Assembly: GCA_963786085.1 (NCBI GenBank) | Contig: CAWAYO010000031.1 | Location: 1,465 to 65,464, forward strand | Direction: 5' to 3' | DNA length: 64,000 nucleotides | Origin: an uncultured Acidobacteriaceae bacterium | GTDB taxonomy: Bacteria; Acidobacteriota; Terriglobia; Terriglobales; Acidobacteriaceae | Shown here: piece by piece, positions 20,299 to 29,842 of the stretch | Numbering within the stretch: position 1 is the first letter of the stretch | Layout: every line of letters starts with the position of its first letter | Notes under the pieces: generated by a model | What the model saw: only the letters and a program-made list of their open reading frames with translations | Told to the model about the DNA's origin: nothing | The model's database searches: none | Program-made: the position numbers and the translations under genes

Positions 20299-22020
20299 AT
20301 GTCACGGCAGTCACCGCGCAATATGTCACTCCCCCGCCTCCCACCTGTCTCCCGGAGGCGTTTTTTGCAGGGCATCCTGCCGGTGATGCTGCCGTTGAAT
20401 GGTCTTTCGTCTTTCGCCGCGGCAGCTCTGCCCGCCTTCGAAGAGATTCCCCCGTCGAGGAGCGGCATCACCTGGGTCCATACCGCGGGCAAGTCGCCCC
20501 AGAAGCATCTTCCGGAAACCAGCGGCGCCGGGTGCGCCTTCCTCGACTACGACAACGACGGCTGGATGGACATCTACCTGGTCAACAGCGGCAAGTCCGA
20601 CTTCTACACTCCACCCAAACCGCTCCGCAACGCCCTCTACCGTAACAACCGGGACGGCACCTTCACCGACGTAACCGAGAAGGCCGGAGTCGCCGGCTCC
20701 GGATACGGCATGGGGGTGGCAGTCGGCGATTACAACGGCGACGGCCTCCCCGATATCTACGTCACCCAGTTCGGTCGCAACATCCTCTACCGCAACAACG
20801 GCGACGGCACCTTCACCGACGTGACTGACAAGGCCGGCATCGCTGCCGGGGGGTGGAGCTCCAGCGCGGTCTGGTTCGACTACGACAACGACGGACGGCT
20901 CGACCTGTTTGTCTGCCAGTTCGCCGAATTCGACGCCGCCCTCGGCTGCGGCACCGATAAAGACGGTGTTCACCACTATTGCATTCCGCGCATCTTCAAG
21001 CCCCGTCCGAGCTGGCTCTTCCATAACAACGGCGACGGCACCTTCACGGATGTCAGTCGAGAGTCGGGGATCGCCGACCACCTCGGCAAGGCGTGGGGGG
21101 TGGTGGCAACTGATCTCAACAATGACGGCCGTATGGATCTGTTCGTCGCGAACGATACGGTAGCGAATTTCCTCTTCATGAACCACGAAGGAAAGCGCTT
21201 CGAGGAAAACGGCTTTGCCGCCGGGGTGGCTTACAGTGCCGAAGGGAGAGCCCGCTCAGGAATGGGGGTGGACTCGGCGGATTTCAACAACGACGGCTGG
21301 ATGGATTTGTTTGTCGCGAACATTGACGAAGAGATTTTTTCGCTCTACCAAAACAACAAAGACGGTACTTTCGACGATGTGGCGATGCAGCAGGGAATCG
21401 GCATGGCCACTCGCTGGATGAGCGGGTGGGGCCTGAAGTTTTTCGACTACGACAACGACGGCAATGTCGACCTGATCCTGTCCAACGGATTTCCGGATGA
21501 CCTTGTGGATCAGATATCAAATAAGGTTACATATCGCGAGCCGCTGCTGCTGTTCCACAACGATGGGCGAATATTCCGCGACGTAAGTCAGCAGAGCGGT
21601 CCTGTGTTCTCGAAGAACTTCGCGGCCCGGGGTCTGGCGATTGGAGACTTCAATAACGACGGGGCGCTCGCCGTGCTTATCAGCGTCAACGATGGTGCGC
21701 CGGTCCTGCTCAAGAACAACGCCGCGAAAGGTAACCACTGGGTCGGCCTGCATTTAGTCGGGCAGAAGTCGAATCCTGATGGGATCGGCGCGCGTGTCAC
21801 CTACCAGGCGGCCGATCTCAACCGCAGCCGGATGAAGGTCGGAGGTGGCAGCTTTCTGTCTTCTCACGACCCCCGCATGGTGCTCGGTCTCGGACAGCGC
21901 ACAAGGCTTGATTGGCTCGAGGTCCGCTGGCCGCAGCCCGGCGGTGCCGTCGACCGATTCACCGATCTCCCGATTGATCGATACGTCACGATTGTCGAAG
22001 GAACGGGTAAGTGGAAATAA
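20299..22020 (+). CDS. CRTAC1-family (FG-GAP/VCBS repeats + ASPIC/UnbV) protein with Tat signal
   Basis: SRRRFL; repeated DYDNDGxxD and [10 protein letters not shown]; C-terminal [17 protein letters not shown]. Confidence 0.92.
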   Translation: MSRQSPRNMSLPRLPPVSRRRFLQGILPVMLPLNGLSSFAAAALPAFEEIPPSRSGITWVHTAGKSPQKHLPETSGAGCAFLDYDNDGWMDIYLVNSGKSDFYTPPKPLRNALYRNNRDGTFTDVTEKAGVAGSGYGMGVAVGDYNGDGLPDIYVTQFGRNILYRNNGDGTFTDVTDKAGIAAGGWSSSAVWFDYDNDGRLDLFVCQFAEFDAALGCGTDKDGVHHYCIPRIFKPRPSWLFHNNGDGTFTDVSRESGIADHLGKAWGVVATDLNNDGRMDLFVANDTVANFLFMNHEGKRFEENGFAAGVAYSAEGRARSGMGVDSADFNNDGWMDLFVANIDEEIFSLYQNNKDGTFDDVAMQQGIGMATRWMSGWGLKFFDYDNDGNVDLILSNGFPDDLVDQISNKVTYREPLLLFHNDGRIFRDVSQQSGPVFSKNFAARGLAIGDFNNDGALAVLISVNDGAPVLLKNNAAKGNHWVGLHLVGQKSNPDGIGARVTYQAADLNRSRMKVGGGSFLSSHDPRMVLGLGQRTRLDWLEVRWPQPGGAVDRFTDLPIDRYVTIVEGTGKWK

Positions 22021-22044
22021 TCCGAAGTGAATCGGGATAATGGA

Positions 22045-23223
22045 CTATTCCGGAAATTGTTCCCCTGCCCGCGCAATCCGGATGCGATGATCGGTGAAGT
22101 TGCTGTGCATCTCCGGGACATACACCTTTGGCATATGACAGGAGGTGCAATCCTTCGTTGCGACCGCGCACGCTGCGCCCGGATGACTCGCCGTGGGCTC
22201 TTGGCTAGGTGAGTTTACGTGACACTTGAGACAGGCATGATCGTATGCTGCGGAATCTGTCTGCAGTTGCTCGTGAGGGTCGTGGCACGCAGTACACGTA
22301 AGCCGCGTGTCACCTTTGCCCCAGCACTTGCTCGTGACCAGCCGGTACGGTGCCGAGCGGGTGGTGGCTACTCCCTTGGCCCCGGAGTTTTTGACATCCC
22401 ACCAGGTGCCGTGGCACGCGCCACAGAACTCAACAGAATCGGTGGGGTCGAGGTGAGCAGAGTTGAAGATATCTCCCCGCTTTGCTGCATCGAGATCTCC
22501 CTTCAGGAAGTCCTTCATCGCGGCGACATGCTTGGCTCCTGGTCCGTGGCACGCTTCACAAGTAACGCCAAGAAGGAGATTCTCTTCGTCGAATTTGTCG
22601 CCAATGGTGGAGGCCGTTGTGTGGCACGCAAAACATCGGCTGACCTCTGCGGAGCCGACGGGGCGATCCATGGCTTCCTCGACATCTTTGGGAGACTGCA
22701 GGTCGCGTGTAGGAGTGAAGCCGAGATTCTTCAGGGTCTCGAAGTAGGTAACGCGCGCCTCATAGAAGCGCCCATCTTCGTGCTTGAAAAGATAGGACTG
22801 GCCAACCCGGGGCGTGCCAAATGCCCACAGCAGCGGCGACGAGAGGGTCTGTGTGCCGTCGGTCACGGTATATAAGCTGTGCTTTCCGTCGCTCTGGATC
22901 AGATATCGATACGGACCCACGGAGAACGAAAGATTGGCATGCGTGCGCAATACTTCCGCATCGTCGGCATGCGAGACTGCTCGTGCCATTGGGGTCGCCT
23001 CCTGAGAAGCGACCTTGGCGGAATGGCATGGCGCGCAGCTTGATGGGCCTGTAAAGCCGCTTCGGGAAGCCGACGCTTGGGTTGGCCAAAAACCGGCTTC
23101 GGCGAGATGGTCCTCGGTAGAGAGTTGTGCCCACAAGGACGGTGAGGCGGAAACCAACAGCAGGACGGCGAAAAGCCATGAGGTGCGAAGACAGACAGGC
23201 TCGATGGCAGAAACTTTGATCAC
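22045..23223 (-). CDS. Periplasmic multiheme cytochrome c (7 CXXCH)
   Basis: CAPCH, CFACH, CEACHGPG, CGACH, CTACHDPH, CLKCH, CTSCHM; ends FTDHRIRI; signal peptide. Confidence 0.92.
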   Translation of the reverse strand: MIKVSAIEPVCLRTSWLFAVLLLVSASPSLWAQLSTEDHLAEAGFWPTQASASRSGFTGPSSCAPCHSAKVASQEATPMARAVSHADDAEVLRTHANLSFSVGPYRYLIQSDGKHSLYTVTDGTQTLSSPLLWAFGTPRVGQSYLFKHEDGRFYEARVTYFETLKNLGFTPTRDLQSPKDVEEAMDRPVGSAEVSRCFACHTTASTIGDKFDEENLLLGVTCEACHGPGAKHVAAMKDFLKGDLDAAKRGDIFNSAHLDPTDSVEFCGACHGTWWDVKNSGAKGVATTRSAPYRLVTSKCWGKGDTRLTCTACHDPHEQLQTDSAAYDHACLKCHVNSPSQEPTASHPGAACAVATKDCTSCHMPKVYVPEMHSNFTDHRIRIARAGEQFPE

Positions 23224-23513
23224 TCCGAGAGATCCGATGAAACTGCGCAGTTAAGTCAGGTCCTACCATAGCTGCTGATCTTCGCCTGGATCAACTTTCG
23301 GCTCATCGACATGAGTCCGTCCGGCTTTGGGAAACGGCTGCAAGGCTTAAACTCTTTGCTTTCAATGCCGGAACTGAGCATAGGGCAGGCAGGCCGTGTA
23401 CCCAATAAGAAGACTATACAGGTTTACAGGTCTCGATATAGAATTCGCCCTGGATCGGGATCCATGCTTGTGGCAAGTCTTGGCGACCCGCCTTGCACCG
23501 ATCGTTATTTTTG

Positions 23514-23574
23514 TTGACAGTCGTATGTTGGGAGTAGTAATCAAACGTTTCAGTTCAAGCTGTTAACGTTATCA
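23514..23574 (+). promoter_or_regulatory. Sigma70-like -35 and LacI/cre-type operators upstream of the TonB receptor
   Basis: TTGACA 23514-19; TCAAACGTTTCA 23541-52; TGTTAACGTTATCA 23561-74 fits TGWNANCGNTNWCA. Confidence 0.6.
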
Positions 23575-23649
23575 GAATTCGAATCAAAGGGATGATGTAA
23601 ATCCTGACCTTCGGATCGCGCGACCGTGAACTTTTTAAGGAGGCACTTT

Positions 23650-26600
23650 ATGTGCAATCGATTTGCAGGAGGCGGGGTAGTCGGCGACAAGCTGTCAAAG
23701 CTGCGCGGGCTTTCCTACGTTCTTCTAGCCGTGCTGCTGGCTATCCCGTTCAGTCTGCACGCCCAACAGTACTCAGGAACAATCACCGGAACAGTGACCG
23801 ACCAGACTGGCGCTGCTGTGCCGGGCGCAACCGTAACGATCATCAACACCGGTACCAACTCCACGGTCACTGCGAAGTCAGACGGGCAGGGCAACTTTAC
23901 AGCTACCCAGCTGCCGGTCGGCACCTATGATGTCCACGTAGTACAGGGCAACTTCAAGGAATATGTTGAAACCGGTGTGCAGGTCCATACCTCCACAAAC
24001 ACCAGCGTGAACGCAGTTCTTCAGGTTGGTGGAGCGAGTGAAAAGGTGACGGTCTCGGCGACTGCGGTTCAGGTGCAAACCACCTCGGCGGTCGTGGGTG
24101 AAGTCGTTTCCGGAACGCAGGTAAGAGAATTACCGCTGAACGGTGAAAACTTCGTGGGGTTGACACAGTTGTCTCCTGGCGTCAGTGCGGCGCAAGGAGC
24201 GAACTTCGTAGGCAAGGGCTTGGATGGCGGCGTGAATTTCTCCGTCAACGGCAACCCTTATAACTACAACCTGTTCCTCGTCGATGGCGTGAACAATAAC
24301 GACGTTGGTTCAGGCCGCACCATCCTTGTCTATCCTTCGGTGGATACTATCGCTGAATTCAAGATGATCCGCAACTCCTACGGGCCTGAGTATGGCCAAG
24401 CTGCAGGCGCGATCATCAGCATCACTACAAGGTCGGGTGAAAATCAGTTCCATGGTGGCTTCTTCTATTCCGGCCGCAACGACGCCCTGGATGCCAACGA
24501 CTGGTTCTCTAACAATAACGGCACGGGCAAAGCAGAAGAGCGCCGTGACGACTACGGCTACAACATCAGCGGTCCGGCAATCAAGGACAAGCTGTTCTTC
24601 TGGTGGAACCAGGAGTGGAACAAGGAAATTCAGGGCTCGTCGTTCGCGTTCTGCGTTCCGACGGCTGCAGAGGCTGCCGGCGACTTCTCTGGCGCACAAA
24701 CCGGGGTCAATAGCAGCGGCCAGGCGATTGATCAATGCGGGGGGCGAATCCCGACTATTCCGGTCTCGGCCCAGGCGCCCGGCAATCCACTTAAGATCGC
24801 CAATCCCGACGCTGCCGGATTGCTAATTGCGTCTTATTATCCATCGCCGACCAGTTCGACGGTGAACTCAAGCGGCAATAACTGGGTTGCGTCCGTCCCC
24901 AATCACTTGAACTGGAGCGAGTGGAATGTCCGCGGCGACTACGACATCACCAAGTCCAACCGGGCTACCTTTCGCTGGACGAATGATTCCTGGAATAACC
25001 CTTCGCCCAACAATCCCATACCGTTCTGGGGCGAGTCCGCGTTTCCAACGGTCAACTCGGGGTGGAGCCAGCCTTCCAGAAGCGTGATGGCGAAGTTGAG
25101 CTCGACGATCACAAACACCATGGTCAACGACGTCGAGTTTGGCTTCGGGCAAAACCGAATCATCACGACACTTGGCGGCACCAGGGCGAATATCGTTCCA
25201 GAACTGCAGTCCGCCTATCCCTCCGTATGGCCGTCTTCCCTCAAGCAGAAGGATGAATTCTTTGGCGCATGGGGGGGGTTCGGCCCTTACGGCGCATCTA
25301 GCTACGCTTCCTTCTGGAATATCGCGCCTTACGGCAACCACGAAGACCTCTACACCATTCAGGACAACCTTTCCAAGGTGCACGGAAACCACACCTTCAA
25401 GACGGGCTTCTTTTATGGCACGAATGCCAAGATCGAGAGCAATGGCAATGGCGCCGACAGGCCGTCTCTTCCGAATGGCACTGTTTATACCGGCCCTGGA
25501 TCGCTGGGTTCCATCGATGCCAATGCGCAAACCAACAACGCTCTCGCCAACGTTCTGTTGCCGGGCACCGGGGCCTATCCTCAGATGTTCTCCGGTATCA
25601 CGGAGAACAGCATTGATGGTATAGCCGCGGTTCACTGGCATGACTTCGAGCCGTATTTGGGCGATACCTGGAAGATTCGCCGCAATGTCACGCTCGATCT
25701 TGGTTTCCGCTGGTCTATTTATCGCGAACCATATGGCGGCACTCAAGGGGGAAACACCAGTCCGGCATACAACGACGGGGGCAATTACCCCAACCAGTGG
25801 GCGAACTGGAGCCTGTCAAACTGGAGTGCGGCCGAGGCGGCGGCCAATCCATCCGACGCTTGCAACGGCACTCTGATTGTCCCCGGAACCACCCCATGCC
25901 AGAATGCGGTCAAGCTGCTCTCGGGCCTTGGCGTGAGCCTGCCTCTCTCCAACGGAACTCCCGGACCTAATTCCGCGCTAGTGCAACAGAATAATCACAG
26001 CATTGCTCCCAGGTTTGGCATTGCATGGGATGTGAGAGGTGATGGAAAGACCGCAGTGCGTGCCGGCGGCGGTCAGTTCTTCCAACGTGAGCCAGTAGGC
26101 CTCGCCGAGGGGTTGGCTCGCAATGCGCCCTTCGTTATCAACGCGACAACCAACCGCTCCCTCGATACGGCCCCCCCGCTTGCGAGTCCTGCAGTCTCGC
26201 CGAGTTATGCCAAGACGACAAACGGTTACCTACCCAACTCCTGGCAATGGAACGTCTCGGTCGAACAGGAAGTTGCCCGCAACACTACGTTGCAGATCGG
26301 GTATGTCGCCAACACCGGAATCCACCTCACGTCGATGTGGGATGCAAACTACGTCCCGGATACTAATTGGCTGGCTGCGTCGTTTGCCAGCGGCAGTGCC
26401 CTGAACGCGCTCCGACCTGCTAATAACTTTGGCCAGATCGGCGGCTTTGCCCGTGGCGGCCAGGCACACTACGACTCGCTACAGGTCTTATTCCGCTCCC
26501 AGGCTGGACCGTCGACGTTCCAAGCGGCCTACACCTGGAGTCATTCGCTCGGCGATGTCCAACTAGATAACTCGTCAGGAAGCTTTAACCAGCAGGCTGT

Positions 26601-27327
26601 CACCAACCAATACAACCCACGCCTCGACAAAGGAAACACGGATATCAACCGTCCTAACATCTTTGTGGCGAGCGAAGTATTGTACCTGCCGAAGCTGCAG
26701 CAATATAACAACCTGGTGCAGCAGACAGTGGGTGGGTGGGAGTTCAACAGCATCTTCACTGCTGCTGAGGGCAGTTCGACGTCTGTCTTCACTTCCAGCG
26801 TTTCGGGCGCTAGCGTTAACGGAGTCTCCAGCAATTTGAACGCGCTTGTGGGGACCGGCTATACCGGCAATCTGCGGCCACTCGTGGTACCAGACACGAG
26901 TTGCAACACGGGCAGGCATGGGGATCAGTTTATTAACGCTGCTCACTTCACGTTGCAGAATTACGTGATTGGGACTTTCCCCGACAACGTCGCGCCTCGC
27001 GGTGACTGCTTCGGCGCGGGGAATGTCAATCTGGATTCCCAGCTCGCTAAAAACTGGTACATCAAGGAGAAGTACCGGATCAAGTTCAGCATGGACTTCT
27101 TCAACCTCCTCAACCATCCGAACTTCAACACCAGTAACCTCATAACTGCAGGTTATAGCCCATCGTCGCCTGTTTACTGCGGCGGGGCGACGGCAACCAG
27201 CGGTACGCCTTGCAGTCCGACCAATAACGTCATCACAAATGCGGGAGCGCCATCCACCGGCTTTAACGCCGCTGGCGCAGTCAACCCGGGACGTACATTG
27301 CAATACACGCTGAGATTTAGCTTCTAA
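23650..27327 (+). CDS. TonB-dependent outer-membrane receptor with N-terminal carboxypeptidase-regulatory-like domain (Oar-like)
   Basis: GTITGTVTDQTGAAVPGATV, LPLNG.NF, VDGVNNND, TRSGENQFHG, terminal LRFSF; AGGAGG RBS. Confidence 0.93.
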   Translation: MCNRFAGGGVVGDKLSKLRGLSYVLLAVLLAIPFSLHAQQYSGTITGTVTDQTGAAVPGATVTIINTGTNSTVTAKSDGQGNFTATQLPVGTYDVHVVQGNFKEYVETGVQVHTSTNTSVNAVLQVGGASEKVTVSATAVQVQTTSAVVGEVVSGTQVRELPLNGENFVGLTQLSPGVSAAQGANFVGKGLDGGVNFSVNGNPYNYNLFLVDGVNNNDVGSGRTILVYPSVDTIAEFKMIRNSYGPEYGQAAGAIISITTRSGENQFHGGFFYSGRNDALDANDWFSNNNGTGKAEERRDDYGYNISGPAIKDKLFFWWNQEWNKEIQGSSFAFCVPTAAEAAGDFSGAQTGVNSSGQAIDQCGGRIPTIPVSAQAPGNPLKIANPDAAGLLIASYYPSPTSSTVNSSGNNWVASVPNHLNWSEWNVRGDYDITKSNRATFRWTNDSWNNPSPNNPIPFWGESAFPTVNSGWSQPSRSVMAKLSSTITNTMVNDVEFGFGQNRIITTLGGTRANIVPELQSAYPSVWPSSLKQKDEFFGAWGGFGPYGASSYASFWNIAPYGNHEDLYTIQDNLSKVHGNHTFKTGFFYGTNAKIESNGNGADRPSLPNGTVYTGPGSLGSIDANAQTNNALANVLLPGTGAYPQMFSGITENSIDGIAAVHWHDFEPYLGDTWKIRRNVTLDLGFRWSIYREPYGGTQGGNTSPAYNDGGNYPNQWANWSLSNWSAAEAAANPSDACNGTLIVPGTTPCQNAVKLLSGLGVSLPLSNGTPGPNSALVQQNNHSIAPRFGIAWDVRGDGKTAVRAGGGQFFQREPVGLAEGLARNAPFVINATTNRSLDTAPPLASPAVSPSYAKTTNGYLPNSWQWNVSVEQEVARNTTLQIGYVANTGIHLTSMWDANYVPDTNWLAASFASGSALNALRPANNFGQIGGFARGGQAHYDSLQVLFRSQAGPSTFQAAYTWSHSLGDVQLDNSSGSFNQQAVTNQYNPRLDKGNTDINRPNIFVASEVLYLPKLQQYNNLVQQTVGGWEFNSIFTAAEGSSTSVFTSSVSGASVNGVSSNLNALVGTGYTGNLRPLVVPDTSCNTGRHGDQFINAAHFTLQNYVIGTFPDNVAPRGDCFGAGNVNLDSQLAKNWYIKEKYRIKFSMDFFNLLNHPNFNTSNLITAGYSPSSPVYCGGATATSGTPCSPTNNVITNAGAPSTGFNAAGAVNPGRTLQYTLRFSF

Positions 27328-27353
27328 CGGCGTCAACTCAACGTTTGTAAAAC

Positions 27354-27390
27354 TGAGCGGCGGGCTTGATCATTCAAGTTCCGCCGCTTA
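27354..27390 (+). terminator. Strong stem-loop after the TonB gene (terminator or mRNA stabiliser)
   Basis: TGAGCGGCGGGCTTGA-TCAT-TCAAGTTCCGCCGCTTA then CTCTTGCTTT. Confidence 0.6.
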
Positions 27391-27502
27391 CTCTTGCTTT
27401 GAGAGTCGAGTGCTAATCTGAGTTGTGAGTCAGCCTCCCACACATCTGAGACCTCAACGTTGGAGCGTGTGCGGCCTTGGTTTCCTTAAGAGAAACGCGG
27501 CA

Positions 27503-29842
27503 ATGTGCATCATTGTCTCGCCGCTTCTGGCGTCTTTGCCGGCGCATGCGCAACAACCGAAAGAACATTCTCCAAGTCCCACGACAAGGACGAGGGCGCA
27601 AACCGATCCTGCGCAGGTCGAGCTAACGCGGCGGATTCAAGCCGCTGACGCGGCTCGCAATTCGGGCAATCCTGTGGCAGTCACTGGGGCGAACAAGCTG
27701 CTGATTGCCGCGGCACTTCGAGGGTTGGGACGCCTCCGTCTCATTGAGTCGGCAGGCCCTCAAGCCGAAGCACTTTACCGTGAATCGCTGTCGTTCGAGA
27801 ATACTGCGGAAGCTCACTTGCAGCTTGCATCGAGCTTGATCGCGGACCAGCCCCGCTCGGCGGTCGATGAGGCTCAGAAGGCTCTCGCTCTCGATCCGTC
27901 CCAAGCGCACGCTTATACCATCATGGGAAGGGCCTACATGCGCGCGGGCGACTCGGCCAAAGCCGCAGAGGCCCTGTCACGCGCTGCCCAGCTTCAGCCG
28001 GGAATTGAAACCTACTACACGTTGGCCATCTGCTGGCTGTCTGTCAAAACGTCGGAGGGAAATAATCGAGCCGATGCGATATTCGAGCAGATGAAGGAGA
28101 TTGCTGGGGATAGCGGTTCGCTTCATGTCTTATTTGGCCGTGCCTACCGGGATGCCGAGCGAATGTCGGATGCCATCGTCGAATTTCAGCGTGCGATCAA
28201 GCTCGATCCTTCGACTCCGCATGCTCATTATTTCCTCGGGCTGGCTCGTCTCGCCTTAAACGACTGGAAGCCGACACCAGAGGCTGAATCGGAGTTTCAG
28301 CAGGAGATCCATTATTACCCGCGGGACATGCTCGCCAACTACATGCTAGGTTTTCTCGCATCGAGTCAGCGTGACTACGCGACGGCAGAAAAGTATCTGA
28401 AGACTGCGGCCGAGATCAATCCGAAATGGCCAGAGCCCTGGTTTTACATGGGGCTGAATGCATATGCCCAAGGCGACACAAAAGCGGCAGAGCCTCTCTT
28501 GCGCAAGGCTGTGGAACTGACTGGGACGGATGAGGCGCGTTCGAACTACCAGATTCGCCGCGCTTATGTCGACCTGGGACGCATCCTTGCCAACTCAGGC
28601 CGCGAACAGGAGAGCGAGATCTATTTTGCCAAGGCGCGCAATCTCCAGAACAAGACCATGAAGGAAACACAGCAAAAGGTAACCTCCATGGCGCTGTCCG
28701 AGGGCGCCACTTCGATGGCAGGGATGGTGCCACTCGACAAGCGGCAGGAGGACCAGGCGGCTCCTATCATGCAGGCAAAGACGGATTCCTTCGCCCCCGT
28801 TGATCCGGCTGTGATGGCAAATGCGAACCTGTCAGAAGCCGAGCGCGAAACCGCGAAGACGCAGGAAGACGACTTGCGGCTCATTCTCGGTCAGAGCTAC
28901 AGCGATCTTGCGACCGCCGAGGCGATGCAACGCAATTATGCCATCGCTCTCACCCACTATCAGGCGGCGGAGCGTTGGAATCCAACGATCGACAATCTTG
29001 CCAGAAACCTGGGGGAATGTGCATATCGTGCCGGGAACTACCCCGAAGCGATCCGCGGTTTGTCCACGGCGCTTAAAGAACAGCCAGCCCAGATTCCAAT
29101 CCGAGCAACCCTCGGCATCGCGTACTTCGCTACCGATCAGTATGCTGACTCCGCAAGGACCTTCGCCCCGCTTGGTGTCGCCGGGATGCAGGATGGCAGC
29201 GTCGGTTATGCGTGGGCTGCGTCTCTTGCAAGACTCGGTCAGACAAAAGAAGCCTCCGATGTTCTGAATCAGTATGAAAGCGGGAATCTGTCTACCGACC
29301 AATTGATCCTCGTCGGTCAACTGTGGACGGATATCGCGGATTACAGCCACGCGGTGGCGACTTTTCATCGTGCATTGCAGATTGATCCTTCATTGCCGCA
29401 GGCTCACTACTATGCGGGGCTGGCCGACATCCGTTGGGAGCACTGGTTGGACGCGCGAAACGAGCTGCAGGCGGAATTAGTCATCAGGCCCGGTGATCCC
29501 GACGCTACCTATCATCTGGGATTCGTGGCTCTCCAGGAATCAAAAATCGATGAGGCGAAGAAGCTCTTCGAGCAAGTGCTTGCTGCACATCCGGACTATG
29601 CAAACGCTCAATATGAACTCGGGAAGGTTCTGCTCGACCAGGGACAACTGCAGGAAGCGGTTCCTCATCTGGAGGCGGCTGCACGCCTGAGCCCCGATAA
29701 AGAGTATGTGCATTACCAGTTGCAGGCCGCGTACCGCAAGGAATCCCGTACTGCAGATGCGGATCGCGAATTGGCGGTTTACCAGGAGCTTAAGACAAAG
29801 TCGCGGCCGCACATCCCCCAACCGACCACGCAGAATCCATAA
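27503..29842 (+). CDS. Secreted TPR protein
   Basis: Signal peptide ending AHA; many TPR units; stop overlaps the next ATG (TAATG); start uncertain (27425 or 27503). Confidence 0.88.
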   Translation: MCIIVSPLLASLPAHAQQPKEHSPSPTTRTRAQTDPAQVELTRRIQAADAARNSGNPVAVTGANKLLIAAALRGLGRLRLIESAGPQAEALYRESLSFENTAEAHLQLASSLIADQPRSAVDEAQKALALDPSQAHAYTIMGRAYMRAGDSAKAAEALSRAAQLQPGIETYYTLAICWLSVKTSEGNNRADAIFEQMKEIAGDSGSLHVLFGRAYRDAERMSDAIVEFQRAIKLDPSTPHAHYFLGLARLALNDWKPTPEAESEFQQEIHYYPRDMLANYMLGFLASSQRDYATAEKYLKTAAEINPKWPEPWFYMGLNAYAQGDTKAAEPLLRKAVELTGTDEARSNYQIRRAYVDLGRILANSGREQESEIYFAKARNLQNKTMKETQQKVTSMALSEGATSMAGMVPLDKRQEDQAAPIMQAKTDSFAPVDPAVMANANLSEAERETAKTQEDDLRLILGQSYSDLATAEAMQRNYAIALTHYQAAERWNPTIDNLARNLGECAYRAGNYPEAIRGLSTALKEQPAQIPIRATLGIAYFATDQYADSARTFAPLGVAGMQDGSVGYAWAASLARLGQTKEASDVLNQYESGNLSTDQLILVGQLWTDIADYSHAVATFHRALQIDPSLPQAHYYAGLADIRWEHWLDARNELQAELVIRPGDPDATYHLGFVALQESKIDEAKKLFEQVLAAHPDYANAQYELGKVLLDQGQLQEAVPHLEAAARLSPDKEYVHYQLQAAYRKESRTADADRELAVYQELKTKSRPHIPQPTTQNP

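Noticed and set aside
19965-20492. Short ORFs across the repeat element (175 aa minus, 78 aa plus)
   Set aside because: They only translate the DNA repeats, overlap the CRTAC1 start, and have no equivalent ORF in element B
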